A DNA stretch of 64,000 nucleotides from Candidatus Eiseniibacteriota bacterium (GTDB lineage: Bacteria > Eisenbacteria > RBG-16-71-46 > CAIMUX01 > JAHJDP01). Each line of letters opens with the position of its first letter. Position 1 is the stretch's first letter. The notes below the pieces were generated by a model. The model worked only from the letters and a program-made list of their open reading frames with translations. It did no database searches and was not told where the DNA came from. The stretch lies in contig JAHJDP010000004.1 in NCBI GenBank assembly GCA_018831195.1, positions 53,776 to 117,775 of the forward strand, read 5' to 3'. This document shows, in pieces, positions 29,752 to 39,260 of the stretch. The position numbers and the translations under genes are program-made.

Positions 29752-30912
29752 CTACTGCGACGGCAACTCTTCCAGAAATCTTTGAAGAGGAATCACCTCA
29801 ACTCCATCGATCAATTGCTTCCTGGGGCCGAGAAAGACGACAATCCGCCGCTTCAGCCGGGGAACACGCTCCGCAAAGGAGGACAGCCCCTTGAGAGATC
29901 CACGATCGATACGGCGCCCGGACTTGACCTCGATCGCCCAGAGTTCTCGATCCACCTCCAGGATGAAATCCACCTCGACGCCGTGGCGCGTGCGGTAATA
30001 GGAAAGCCCGGCCTGCGGCCATAGACCATCCAGTCGACGATGCAGCTCGTAGCCGACGAGATGCTCCAAAAGAAGCCCACATTCATCATCCAGAGGCCGG
30101 TCGAGTGGCCGGCGCAAGAGAGCGTTCCGTACACCGAGATCAAACAGGAACAACTTGGGATGAGAGATGAGGCTCGCCCGATCTGAGTCGCTCCAGGCGG
30201 GAACTCGGAAGAGGATGAGGGTATCCTCCAAAACCTCGATATATCGGCGGGCGGTTTCATAGCTCAGGCCCGCATCACTGCAGAGCGCATTGATGTTGAG
30301 AATGCGGCCCGATGATGCCGCCACAAGTTCGAGCAGCCGGCCATAGCCGCCAATGTTTCGGACAAGGGCTTCCGCCTGGACTTCCTCGCGAAGGTAGGTA
30401 TCGACGTAGCTGCGGAGATCCGCCTCGCGAGTGGGCGGATCCGGCTCGGCGTAGATTCCGGGAAGGGTCCCGTGTGCGAGCGCGCGTTCGAGCACGAACT
30501 CCCCACCGAGTTCACAGGCCAGCAGTGGGTGGAGATAGTGAACATGGATTCGACCGGGGAGTAAATTCGCATGCCCCCGTCTCAGCTTACGAGCGCTTGA
30601 TCCGGACAAGAGGAAACGGAAACGCTGCGGACGTTCGTCGAGCATGACTTGTACGAGGTTCAATAGGGCAGGGACACGTTGAACCTCATCGATGAAGACG
30701 GATCGGGTTTCCGGCCCTGCGCCGCGAAGTTCATGCTCCAACCGCTCGGGGTGTGTGACATAGTCCCGGAACGCCACCGGGCTGGCGAGGTTCACCGTAA
30801 GATCAGGCTTCAACAAGTTGACCAACGTCGATTTCCCGACCTGCCGTGGGCCCATAAGGAGGACGCTGCGCTTCCCGGTCTGTAGTTTGGTGGTGAGGAA
30901 TCTTTCATACAT
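29752..30912 (-). CDS. AAA+ ATPase with DUF4143-type C-terminal domain (COG1373-like)
   Basis: Walker A LMGPRQVGKST; Walker B/DEAD-like VFIDEVQ. The C-terminal segment is typical of the DUF4143 family. Confidence 0.7.
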   Translation of the reverse strand: MYERFLTTKLQTGKRSVLLMGPRQVGKSTLVNLLKPDLTVNLASPVAFRDYVTHPERLEHELRGAGPETRSVFIDEVQRVPALLNLVQVMLDERPQRFRFLLSGSSARKLRRGHANLLPGRIHVHYLHPLLACELGGEFVLERALAHGTLPGIYAEPDPPTREADLRSYVDTYLREEVQAEALVRNIGGYGRLLELVAASSGRILNINALCSDAGLSYETARRYIEVLEDTLILFRVPAWSDSDRASLISHPKLFLFDLGVRNALLRRPLDRPLDDECGLLLEHLVGYELHRRLDGLWPQAGLSYYRTRHGVEVDFILEVDRELWAIEVKSGRRIDRGSLKGLSSFAERVPRLKRRIVVFLGPRKQLIDGVEVIPLQRFLEELPSQ

Positions 30913-30963
30913 GTGGGTAGAATAGCCGCATTTTTACCCACGGTCAAGAAATCTTTATAGCCC

Positions 30964-30991
30964 TTGACAAATCTGACGATTATTGTATTAT
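30964..30991 (+). promoter_or_regulatory. Consensus sigma70-type promoter for the gntR–SPFH–lutABC operon
   Basis: TTGACA (30964-30969), 16-nt spacer, TATTAT (30986-30991), about 45 nt upstream of the gntR start. Confidence 0.5.
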
Positions 30992-31004
30992 ACCATTAAT
31001 ACAA
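30983..31004 (+). promoter_or_regulatory. Perfect 8-bp inverted repeat TTGTATTA-N6-TAATACAA overlapping the -10 box; candidate GntR autoregulatory operator
   Basis: Read directly from the sequence. GntR-family operators are typically (T)GT-Nx-AC(A) palindromes. Its position over the -10 implies repression. Confidence 0.45.
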
Positions 31005-31040
31005 CAGAACACTAGGACTCTAGAACGCTTGAAAGGGGGG

Positions 31041-31442
31041 ATGACCTTGGGGATTGAGATCAAGCTGGATCTGAAAAGCGGGGTGCCCTTCTACCGCCAG
31101 ATCATCGATCAGGTGAAGACGGCGATGGCGACCGGCCGGCTCGAGTCGGGCGACCGGCTGCCCACCGTCCGCCAACTGGCGGTGAACCTCTCCATTAATC
31201 CCAATACGGTGAGCCGCGCCTATACCGAGCTCGAACTGACGGGGCTGGTGGAGACACAGATGGGATCGGGTACCTTTGTCGGGACCAAACAAATTGAGCA
31301 GGATGAAGCCGAACGGCGGCGGATCTGCGATCAGATTTGCCAGGATTTTCTTTCAAGGGCTTCATCCTATGGATTCACTATCGAAGATATTTTAGAGAAC
31401 CTCCGCCGGCGCTTGTCCGCCAAAGAAGGAGACAAAAAATGA
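31041..31442 (+). CDS. GntR-family transcriptional regulator (short, YtrA-like)
   Basis: Winged-HTH segment LPTVRQLAVNLSINPNTVSRAYTELELTGLVETQMGSGTFV. 133 aa. RBS AAAGGGGGG. Stop overlaps the next start (ATGA). Confidence 0.8.
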   Translation: MTLGIEIKLDLKSGVPFYRQIIDQVKTAMATGRLESGDRLPTVRQLAVNLSINPNTVSRAYTELELTGLVETQMGSGTFVGTKQIEQDEAERRRICDQICQDFLSRASSYGFTIEDILENLRRRLSAKEGDKK

Positions 31443-32563
31443 AAGCGGTGAAGTCACAACAGGGCTTGTCAGTTCTGGATGAATTCTCCACGGGATTCCG
31501 CGCCGATTTCCGATTCAGTCCCTTCAACATCATGATCCTTGTCGCTATCTGTCTGATCGGCATGATTATTCATCTTGCGGTCTTTGAATTCAGCCTGAGG
31601 GTCATTATTACGATGATCGCCACATCGCTGATCCTGGCCGTTCTCTTCCGGTCGCTTCAGGTCTGGGAAGCGGTGCTGGTCCTCACCACCCTTGCGGGCC
31701 TGGTGACCTATCTGAATCACCGGCCGCATGGCGGAATTCTCGTCGCCACGGTTGTGGCGGCCAGCTTGATCGCACCGATGATACAGATCGCCTTTCAATG
31801 GGAAAAGGCGATCATCCTGCGCTTCGGCCGGTTCAAGGGTGTCCGGGGGAGCGGCGTTTTTTTCATTCTCCCGATTATTGATAAAGTCGCCAACTATGTC
31901 GATCAGCGCATTCGTGTGACCGATTTCAACGCCGAGACAACGCTTACAAAAGATACCGTTCCCGTCAATGTCGACGCGATCGCCTTCTGGATGGTCTGGG
32001 ATGCGGAGAAATCGGTGCTCGAGGTTGAAGACTTTCTCGCCGCGGTCGCCCTCTCGGCGCAGACCGGGTTGCGCGATGCGATCGGCAAGCATGATCTCAG
32101 CGAGATGCTCTGCAATCGGGAGAAGCTGGGAAGTGAAATTCAGGCTCAGCTCGACGCCAAGACCAATGCCTGGGGGATCACCATCCAATCGGTGGAGATC
32201 CGTGATATCATCATCCCCAAGGCGCTTGAAGACGCGATGAGCCGCCAGGCGCAGGCGGAGCGCGAGCGCCAATCGCGGATCATCCTGTCGAACGCCGAGA
32301 CGGAGATCGCCGAGAAATTCGCCGAGGCGGCAAAGCACTACGTGGAAAATCCCGAGGCGATGCATCTGAGGGCGATGAATATGATCTTCGAGGGGCTCAA
32401 GAAGAATGGATCGATGGTGATTGTTCCCAGCACCGCCGTCGAAACGATGGGTCTCGGCGCTTTGGGCGGATTGACCGCCTTTGACCGCATTCTCAAAGAG
32501 CATAACGAGAAGAAATCGTTGGCGTTGGAGGAGGGGGCGGCCGTGACGGATGCAAAGGCATGA
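31439..32563 (+). CDS. SPFH/band-7 (stomatin/slipin-like) membrane protein with long N-terminal TM region
   Basis: Band-7 core AIILRFGRFKGVRGSGVFFILPIIDKV...VPVNVDAIAFWMV...WGITIQSVEIRDIIIP...AQAERERQ. Translationally coupled on both sides (ATGA overlaps). Confidence 0.8.
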   Translation: MKAVKSQQGLSVLDEFSTGFRADFRFSPFNIMILVAICLIGMIIHLAVFEFSLRVIITMIATSLILAVLFRSLQVWEAVLVLTTLAGLVTYLNHRPHGGILVATVVAASLIAPMIQIAFQWEKAIILRFGRFKGVRGSGVFFILPIIDKVANYVDQRIRVTDFNAETTLTKDTVPVNVDAIAFWMVWDAEKSVLEVEDFLAAVALSAQTGLRDAIGKHDLSEMLCNREKLGSEIQAQLDAKTNAWGITIQSVEIRDIIIPKALEDAMSRQAQAERERQSRIILSNAETEIAEKFAEAAKHYVENPEAMHLRAMNMIFEGLKKNGSMVIVPSTAVETMGLGALGGLTAFDRILKEHNEKKSLALEEGAAVTDAKA

Positions 32564-33300
32564 AGGCCACGCTCTTTGTGACCTGTCTCGGCGACACATT
32601 TTATCCGCGGATCGGACGGGCCACGCTGCGCGTGCTCGAACGGATCGGACACATTGTCTCGGTGCCGCGGGATCAGACCTGCTGCGGCCAGCCCATGTTC
32701 AATGCCGGATACTTTGATGAAGCGCGCGCGGTTGCCCGCCGTTTCCTTGATCTTTTTGATGAGACAACCGGGCCGATCATCGCCCCATCGAGCTCCTGCG
32801 CCGCCATGGTCCGTCTGCATTACCCGGAGCTCTTCAAAGAAGAGGCGCTCTACCGCGCCAAAGCCGACACGGTCGGAAAGCGGACCTTTGAGTTCTGCGA
32901 GTTTCTTGTGCATCAGCAGAAGTTTCGAATGGCGGATTGGGGCGGGCGGTTCGATCGCTCGGTCACCTTTCACCGGAGTTGCCACTACCGGGGTTTGGGG
33001 ATCAAAGAGGAGCCGATCGACCTCATCAAGCAAATACCGGGCATCCGCTACATCCCGCTGGAAAAGATCGATCAGTGCTGCGGTTTCGGCGGCACCTTCT
33101 CCCTCAATCTGCCGCATGTGAGCCGGGCGATGGCGGCCGAAAAGGTCGAGGCGATTCAGAGATCCGGCGCTGAACTTCTCATCTACGCCGATCCGGGATG
33201 CCTCATGAATATTACGGGCTACGCCCATCGCATCGGTGCGGAGTTGCCTGTCTTGCACATTGCCGAACTCCTCGATCAAGCCATGGGGAACGGGTCATGA
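32560..33300 (+). CDS. lutA: Lactate utilization protein A (Fe-S oxidoreductase, CCG domains)
   Basis: MKATLFVTCLGDTFYP...QTCCGQP...HRSCHYRGLGI...IDQCCGFGGTF are two cysteine-rich CCG motifs. Confidence 0.85.
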   Translation: MKATLFVTCLGDTFYPRIGRATLRVLERIGHIVSVPRDQTCCGQPMFNAGYFDEARAVARRFLDLFDETTGPIIAPSSSCAAMVRLHYPELFKEEALYRAKADTVGKRTFEFCEFLVHQQKFRMADWGGRFDRSVTFHRSCHYRGLGIKEEPIDLIKQIPGIRYIPLEKIDQCCGFGGTFSLNLPHVSRAMAAEKVEAIQRSGAELLIYADPGCLMNITGYAHRIGAELPVLHIAELLDQAMGNGS

Positions 33301-34715
33301 CGGTCAGAAGTTTTTACGATAAGACCCGGGAGGCCTGTGACGACCGGGAGCTGTCAAGAAAGCTGCACACGGCGACCGACCGGCAGGATCAGGCCCGGAA
33401 AGTCATCTGTGAAGAGCTGGGTGACATCGAGGCTTTCCGGGAGCTGGCCAAGGATCTTCGGGACGATATCCTCTGGAACCTCGATCGGTATCTCACCACG
33501 TTCGTCGAGCATGCCGAAACGGCGGGCGTGCGGGTCCACTGGGCCGCCGATGCCGGGGAGGCCCGGGAGGCGATCGCCGGTATCGCGGAGAAGCACAATG
33601 TTCAGCGGATCGTTAAAAGCAAATCGATGGTGACCGAAGAGATCGGCCTGAATGACCATCTTGAACGCCACGGATACGAAGTCATCGAAACCGATCTGGG
33701 CGAGTTTATTGTTCAACTGAAGGAAGAAGGGCCGTCCCATATTGTTGTGCCGGCCGTTCATCTCAGCACGGCCGATGTCGGCATGCTCTTCAAAGAGAAG
33801 CTCGGTTATACCGGCCCCATCGAAGCGGACGCTTTGACAAAAGCGGCGCGGCGGCATCTCAGGGAGATTTTCAAGACGGCGCAGATGGGGATCAGCGGCG
33901 TGAACCTCGCCGTGGCCGAACAGGGGCAGTGGATCATCTGCACCAATGAAGGCAATGGACGCTTCGTGACGACAATGCCGCAGGTCTATGTCGCCGTCAT
34001 GGGCATGGAGCGGATCGTTCAGGATATCGACAGCGCCGGTGTGATCCTCAAATTGCTGGCCAAGTTCGCGACCGGCCAGCGGCTGACGCAGTATGTGAAT
34101 ATCATGCAAGGGCCGGGCGATGATGAGGGTCCCCGTCATGTGCATCTCGTCATTCTCGATAACGGCCGGAGCCGGATTTTGGGATCGCGCTATCGCTCGA
34201 TGCTGCGCTGTATCCGTTGCGGCGCTTGTCTCAATGCCTGCCCTGTCTTCAAGCAGATCGGCGGACATCCCTATTCGGGGTGTTACTCGGGACCGATGGG
34301 TTCTGTACTACTGCCGCTGCTCGAGGGATTAAAGCAAGCCGGCGACGCGACGAAGGCCTGCAGCCTCTGCCGTCTGTGCAACGAGGTCTGCCCCGTCAAA
34401 ATCCCATTGGCCGATCATATCGTGGCCCTGCGAAGCGATATGGTGAAAGCGGGAATCACCGATCGGCTCGAGCGGGTTTCAATGGCGGCGGCCTCGAGAA
34501 TTCTTCGACATCCGCAAGGGTATCGCTGGGGCCGAAAATTCATGCGATCGATCCTGCGCCTGCGGAGTCACGCCGGCTGGGTCCGGGATCTCCCGTCGAT
34601 TCCCGGCCGATGGACGCGGGAGAAGGATCTTCCCCTTCCGGCGCCCGAGAGTTTTATCGAAGCGTTCTATGCGCGGCAGGCAGCGGATCACGTGGAGGCG
34701 GATCGTGGAGAATAG
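33297..34715 (+). CDS. lutB: Lactate utilization protein B (4Fe-4S ferredoxin-domain, LUD domain)
   Basis: CIRCGACLNACPV and CSLCRLCNEVCPV ferredoxin motifs. LutB-length protein. ATGA overlap with lutA. Confidence 0.85.
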   Translation: MTVRSFYDKTREACDDRELSRKLHTATDRQDQARKVICEELGDIEAFRELAKDLRDDILWNLDRYLTTFVEHAETAGVRVHWAADAGEAREAIAGIAEKHNVQRIVKSKSMVTEEIGLNDHLERHGYEVIETDLGEFIVQLKEEGPSHIVVPAVHLSTADVGMLFKEKLGYTGPIEADALTKAARRHLREIFKTAQMGISGVNLAVAEQGQWIICTNEGNGRFVTTMPQVYVAVMGMERIVQDIDSAGVILKLLAKFATGQRLTQYVNIMQGPGDDEGPRHVHLVILDNGRSRILGSRYRSMLRCIRCGACLNACPVFKQIGGHPYSGCYSGPMGSVLLPLLEGLKQAGDATKACSLCRLCNEVCPVKIPLADHIVALRSDMVKAGITDRLERVSMAAASRILRHPQGYRWGRKFMRSILRLRSHAGWVRDLPSIPGRWTREKDLPLPAPESFIEAFYARQAADHVEADRGE

Positions 34716-35382
34716 GGTGCTACAGAACATAAGAGAGGCGCTGAAGACCGACCCGGGATCCGCGGCGCCCCCCGCGTACGACGCGATCGATAAGGGCCGG
34801 GCGCGGCTGGTCGCGCACGACCTTGAAAGAGACGATCTGATCAAGCTCTTTTGTGAAAGGGCGCAATCCTCAGGCTCGACGGTTCACCGCGTTAAAGATG
34901 TTTATGGTTTGAAAAGGATCCTGGCGGAGATCGCACCCTCCGGATCGATCGTGTCGGTTGCGGCGGGAGCGGAGCTGGCGACGCGGCTGGGCGAAGATCC
35001 ATCCGCCTTATGGCCGGAGTCTTGCCGGATCCTCAGCGGGCGTTCGCTCACCCGGGAAACCCTCTTTGAAATCGAGGCGGCTTTAACCGGCGTCGAGCAG
35101 GGGATCGCGGAAACCGGCTCCATCATCCTTTCCGCAGGGGAAGATAAGCGGCGGTCCGCCTCCCTTACCGCCAAGAAGCATGTCGCCGTCATCTTTCCCG
35201 ATCAGATCCGGAGTGACATGCTCGACTGGACGGCCGGATGGAGGCCGTCGCGGAGCGCGGCGTCGCCATCCGGCATGACTGTGATCAGCGGACCCAGTAA
35301 AACGGCCGATATTGAAATGAAACTCGTGGTCGGCGTGCACGGCCCAGCGGAACTGCATCTGATTCTGTTCGACGGCGGATAG
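34669..35382 (+). CDS. lutC: Lactate utilization protein C (LUD domain)
   Basis: LUD-domain architecture immediately after lutAB. The true start is probably a GTG or ATG a few codons inside the annotated ORF, which overlaps the lutB end. Confidence 0.7.
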   Translation: MRGRQRITWRRIVENRVLQNIREALKTDPGSAAPPAYDAIDKGRARLVAHDLERDDLIKLFCERAQSSGSTVHRVKDVYGLKRILAEIAPSGSIVSVAAGAELATRLGEDPSALWPESCRILSGRSLTRETLFEIEAALTGVEQGIAETGSIILSAGEDKRRSASLTAKKHVAVIFPDQIRSDMLDWTAGWRPSRSAASPSGMTVISGPSKTADIEMKLVVGVHGPAELHLILFDGG

Positions 35383-35387
35383 TTGGA

Positions 35388-36032
35388 CTATCCCAATCCC
35401 AACTCTTTCACAATATCGGGATATCTAATTTTGTAGGCTTCCGTCAAATGTGTTTCGTAGTGGTCTACGGTTATCGGTTGGAATTTTCCATCGGTCTTGC
35501 ACTTTTCGTAATGCTCTTTATTCCTGTACATGACAACCTCGGCCGGGTTGCCTATGACAATCGCGAGGGGCGGGACATTTTTTGTAATTACCGAACCCAT
35601 GCCGATAATCGCTCCTTCACCGATCTCGACACCGGGGAGGATCATGACACCGGCGCCGATCCACACAAAATCGCGGATGATCACCGGCTTGAGTTCGGCC
35701 ATCTTGTCAAAGGGGATCGTTTCGGCATTGCGGTACCTGTGCTGAGCGGTAAAAATTGTGCAATTGTAGCCGATCCCGCTATTCTCACCGAGGTAGAGGC
35801 CGCCGGTGGAGTTGATCACCGTGCCGGTATGGATTGAAGAGCGGTTCTTGAGGATGACCCGATCCGGGCGGTTGATGCGGACCTTGTGTCCAATCCTGAC
35901 ACTCTCGCCGTAGAAGCAAAATTGCCCGGGGCGGTAACAGCACTTCTGGTCCTCGAGATACTCCCGATGGAGCCAGGAAAGGAACCGGTACAGCCCGGTT
36001 CTGCGGCAGCAATGTTTGATTCCGTTCTTCAT
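35388..36032 (-). CDS. Hexapeptide-repeat (LbH) acetyltransferase, maltose/galactoside O-acetyltransferase-like
   Basis: Repeats IGYNCTIF..., IIRDFVWIGAGVMILPGVEIGEGAIIGMGSVI, and IVIGNPAEVV. Confidence 0.8.
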   Translation of the reverse strand: MKNGIKHCCRRTGLYRFLSWLHREYLEDQKCCYRPGQFCFYGESVRIGHKVRINRPDRVILKNRSSIHTGTVINSTGGLYLGENSGIGYNCTIFTAQHRYRNAETIPFDKMAELKPVIIRDFVWIGAGVMILPGVEIGEGAIIGMGSVITKNVPPLAIVIGNPAEVVMYRNKEHYEKCKTDGKFQPITVDHYETHLTEAYKIRYPDIVKELGLG

Positions 36033-36211
36033 ATCTTTACCCAGATCGGCCGATGAAGGCGGGTTCCTGAGAGATCAGTGAGTTGATTCTCTTCGCTAAC
36101 CTATTGCCATGGTGGGCTTTGTTGGCCATTGACAACCCTTTTTCCGGGAACCTCCGGGCCCCGCCGTGGTAAGAAATCCGGGTTTGGTCACAGAAGGGGG
36201 AGGGAGGTTTC

Positions 36212-37345
36212 ATGATGCGCATGGCTGGGGTTTTCATTTTTCTGGCGCTCTTGGTTCTTTGGCCCACACAACAAGTCCCGCTCGCCGCCGCGGAAACAGG
36301 GATAACGGAGCCGCCGGCCGGCATGATTCTGATTCCGGATGGTGAGTTCATGATGGGGAAGGAAGGGGATGGGGATTACAGCCCTCCCCATCTTGTAAGG
36401 ATCCATTCTTTTTATATGGATCAAACGGAAGTCACCAATGCCCAGTATTTAAAGTTTTGTGAAGAGACAGGGCACAAGCTGCCCTTTTTCTGGGGGATGG
36501 ATCGGTTCTTCAGCGGGCCCGCGTTCCCTGATGTTCCCGTCATCGGGGTCAGCTGGAGCGAAGCGAAGGCGTATGCGAAATGGCGGGGGGGCAGGCTTCC
36601 GACCGAAGCCGAGTGGGAATATGCCGCCCGGGGCGGTCTCGAGGGCAAGAATTACTCCCACGGGGATGAGTATGACGACGACCTCTATGCCAAGACGGGA
36701 GACGGTGGTCCTTCTCCCGTGGGAAGCCGACCCCCGAACGGTTTTGGTCTCCACGATATGACCGGCAATGTGATGGAGTGGGTGAACGATTGGTACGATG
36801 ACGAGACGTACAAAACACTGCCGGATGAAAACCCCAGCGGGCCGGCCGAGGGACGTTTCAAAGTGGTCCGGGGCGGGGGATGGCATACCGGACCCGGATG
36901 CAGCAAGGTCTTCCACCGGACCTGCCTCCAGACGAATTGGCTCGATTTCAATGTTGGTTTTCGATGCGCCCGGCACAAGCTGGGTTCAGCGGCCGCCCGA
37001 ATGGAAGGGGTGATCCGGCTGGAGGGTCTTGAAAAGGGGCTGGCCGCCTACCACGGGATGAAGAAAGATCATCCCTGGGACTATTCATTCTTCGAATCGG
37101 AGTTCAACGATCTCGGTTACACATTCATGGGCGAGAAAAAGATGGATGAGGCGGTGGAAATCTTCAAGATCAATCTATTGAACAATCCCGAATCGGCGAA
37201 CGCCTATGACAGCCTGGGTGAGGCTTATATGACCCTTGGGGAAAGGGATCTGGCGATAGAGAATTATAAGAAATCGCTGGCGCTGAATCCCAACAACAAG
37301 GGGGCGAAGGAAAAACTCAGGGAGCTGGGTGTCGAATTGGAATAA
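36212..37345 (+). CDS. Secreted formylglycine-generating-enzyme (FGE-sulfatase) domain protein with C-terminal TPR repeats
   Basis: Signal peptide. FGE-sulfatase fold motifs: RIHSFYMDQTEVTNAQY, VIGVSWSEAKAYAKWRGGRLPTEAEWEYAARGG, GLHDMTGNVMEWVND, VVRGGGWH...FRCAR. C-terminal TPR-like segment. RBS GGGGGAGGGAGG. Confidence 0.8.
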   Translation: MMRMAGVFIFLALLVLWPTQQVPLAAAETGITEPPAGMILIPDGEFMMGKEGDGDYSPPHLVRIHSFYMDQTEVTNAQYLKFCEETGHKLPFFWGMDRFFSGPAFPDVPVIGVSWSEAKAYAKWRGGRLPTEAEWEYAARGGLEGKNYSHGDEYDDDLYAKTGDGGPSPVGSRPPNGFGLHDMTGNVMEWVNDWYDDETYKTLPDENPSGPAEGRFKVVRGGGWHTGPGCSKVFHRTCLQTNWLDFNVGFRCARHKLGSAAARMEGVIRLEGLEKGLAAYHGMKKDHPWDYSFFESEFNDLGYTFMGEKKMDEAVEIFKINLLNNPESANAYDSLGEAYMTLGERDLAIENYKKSLALNPNNKGAKEKLRELGVELE

Positions 37346-37355
37346 TACCGCCAGG

Positions 37356-37395
37356 GAGAGCGGGGATGAACTATTTCCCCGCTCTGTACTTTTCA
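37356..37395. terminator. Bidirectional intrinsic terminator between convergent genes
   Basis: 10-bp stem AGAGCGGGGA / TCCCCGCTCT with a 9-nt loop, followed by TTTT on the plus strand. Overlaps the last codons of the minus-strand gene. Confidence 0.45.
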
Positions 37396-39089
37396 AGGAT
37401 GCGGGCATCGGCCCACCAGTACTCACCGGTTCCGGTTCTTCCATTCACGAAGAAGAAAGTCTGCCCATCTGAAGAAATAAACGGCTGCCAGGCGCCGTTC
37501 TGGTTGATCGCTCCATCGAGATGAACCGCCTCCGTCCATCCGCCGTCATCGGCGCGGAATGAGATATACAATTCCGGTGCGTGGCCGAATCCACCCGGTC
37601 TTATCGAAGCGAAGACGAGATAGCTTTCGTCGGGCGCGATCGCCGGCGTGAGATCATAGGTTTCACTATTCACTGCGGGGCCCAGGTTTTCAGCCTCCGC
37701 AAACCGCCCATCCGTCCAGCGGGCCCGATAGATTTCGCTGTTTCTGCTTTCCAGATCCTTCTCCGCCATAAAATAGAGGGTGCCGTTGGCGCTCATGGAG
37801 AGGCCGCCGATCGACCAGTCACTATTGTTAAAGGGGGCGTCGAGCAGTTGAGCGCCGCTCCACCCGTCCGGTGTCCGGTCGACGAACCAAATGTGAGACT
37901 TTTGATCCTCAGCATTCTCCGCTGCGGAGCGGTTTGAGCGAAAATACAATCGTTGCCCGTCGGGGGAGAAGCAGGGCGCTGAATCGATCACCTCTTTTGA
38001 ATCGCTGGAGAAGGAGGCGATCGCGGGCGGCGTCCATTGATTCTGCTCGAGTTTCATCGACCACAGTGACGGTATCGGCTGGGCGTTCTGGGACCAGAAG
38101 ATCTCTTTTCCGCCGGGGGAAAAGGCGAGGGGTCCGTGAACATCGAAGGGGGTGATAAAAATGCCGGGCGCGAAGATCTCGGGGATCATTCCAGGCCGTC
38201 TCTGCCCCGGGTACTTTTCATTCATTACCGGAAAAGACCCGGCATCGGGGTCGGCCCCCCGGTTTCGCAAGAGCTCCGCAACCTCGCTGTGACCATAATC
38301 CCCGGCAAAATCCAATGCCGTCTTTCCGTTGAAGCAAACCGCATTGATATCGGCCCCGTAGGCGAGCAGAATATCGGCGCCCTTGGCGGAACCCTTCGCC
38401 GCCTCCAGGTGGAGGGGGGTCACATGGTAGATCTTTGCGATATTGGGATCGGCGCCACCGCGCACCAGCAGCTCGACCGCCTTTTCGGAACTGATACAGG
38501 CCATGTGCAAGGCGGTGGTGCCGTTCGTTGTCTTTGTGTTCAATTCGACGCCGCTGCGGATCAAGACCTCGAGAACCGCTTCCGTTCTCTCGCCCCCCCG
38601 AACGGCAAGGTGCAGCGATCTCATTCCGTCTTCCATCCTCAATTCCGGATTGGCGCCTTTGGAGATCAGCAATCCAACGACATCAGCATGGCCGTTTCTC
38701 ACGGCGTAATTCAACGGAGTCCATCCCGTTTCCGCGCCGTGATTGATCTCCGACTTTTTATTGAGCAATAGATCCACAGCGGGAGTGTTTCCACGGGAGG
38801 CGGCAATGTCTAAAGGGATGAGACCGCTATGATCGGCATGATTGACATCCGCCCCTTCTGACACCAGATGGCCGATGATTTTGTTCTGGTCTTGCATGCA
38901 GGCCCAGTGCAGCGGTGTCCGCCCATCTTCATCTTTGGCGTTGACGAGATCGGGATCGCCCGCCAAAAGCCAGGTGATCTGGTAGAGATCCCCCTCGGCG
39001 GCCGCTTCAAATATGTCTTCCGCCTGTGAAGGGGCCGGGCGGGAGACGGCCGTGAGGATAAAAAACCCGATGATCCATAATCTATACAT
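37371..39089 (-). CDS. Secreted protein with N-terminal ankyrin repeats and C-terminal TolB-like (PD40/WD40-like) beta-propeller
   Basis: Signal peptide MYRLWIIGFFILTAVSRPAPSQA. Ankyrin repeats (DGRTPLHWAC, GWTPLNYAVRNGH, GTTALHMAC, VTPLHLEAAKG, KTALDFAGDYGH). PD40-like FSPDGQRLYFRSNR, APDESYLVFAS, SSDGQTFFFV. RBS GAAGGAAA. Confidence 0.8.
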   Translation of the reverse strand: MYRLWIIGFFILTAVSRPAPSQAEDIFEAAAEGDLYQITWLLAGDPDLVNAKDEDGRTPLHWACMQDQNKIIGHLVSEGADVNHADHSGLIPLDIAASRGNTPAVDLLLNKKSEINHGAETGWTPLNYAVRNGHADVVGLLISKGANPELRMEDGMRSLHLAVRGGERTEAVLEVLIRSGVELNTKTTNGTTALHMACISSEKAVELLVRGGADPNIAKIYHVTPLHLEAAKGSAKGADILLAYGADINAVCFNGKTALDFAGDYGHSEVAELLRNRGADPDAGSFPVMNEKYPGQRRPGMIPEIFAPGIFITPFDVHGPLAFSPGGKEIFWSQNAQPIPSLWSMKLEQNQWTPPAIASFSSDSKEVIDSAPCFSPDGQRLYFRSNRSAAENAEDQKSHIWFVDRTPDGWSGAQLLDAPFNNSDWSIGGLSMSANGTLYFMAEKDLESRNSEIYRARWTDGRFAEAENLGPAVNSETYDLTPAIAPDESYLVFASIRPGGFGHAPELYISFRADDGGWTEAVHLDGAINQNGAWQPFISSDGQTFFFVNGRTGTGEYWWADARILEKYRAGK

Positions 39090-39187
39090 TTTATTTCCTT
39101 CACCTGGGGGATCGATGGCAGTTTTCAACGACAAGCTCCATAGAAGCATTGCCGTCATTCGATAACGAGGCAAGGTTTTTAAACAGA

Positions 39188-39217
39188 TCAAACCCCCGGC
39201 CGCAAAACCGGGGGTTT
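39188..39217 (-). terminator. Hairpin (CAAACCCCCGG-N8-CCGGGGGTTTG) downstream of the giant GEVED-repeat gene; candidate terminator
   Basis: Perfect 11-bp GC-rich stem read from the sequence. The U-tract on the minus strand is weak (GAUCUGUUU). Confidence 0.35.
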
Positions 39218-39260
39218 GGATCTGTTCTGATCCTTGCGGATCCCTGTCAGGAAATGACGA

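Noticed and set aside
29752-30912. AAA+ DUF4143 ATPase as part of a defence system
   Set aside because: It stands alone, with no nuclease, methylase or other partner gene adjacent. This family commonly occurs as an orphan gene. It is kept as a feature only.
39217-39232. Short palindrome GGATCTGTTCTGATCC after the terminator-like hairpin
   Set aside because: Only 5-bp arms, so it is likely chance. It is noted in case it is a restriction or Dam-like site cluster.
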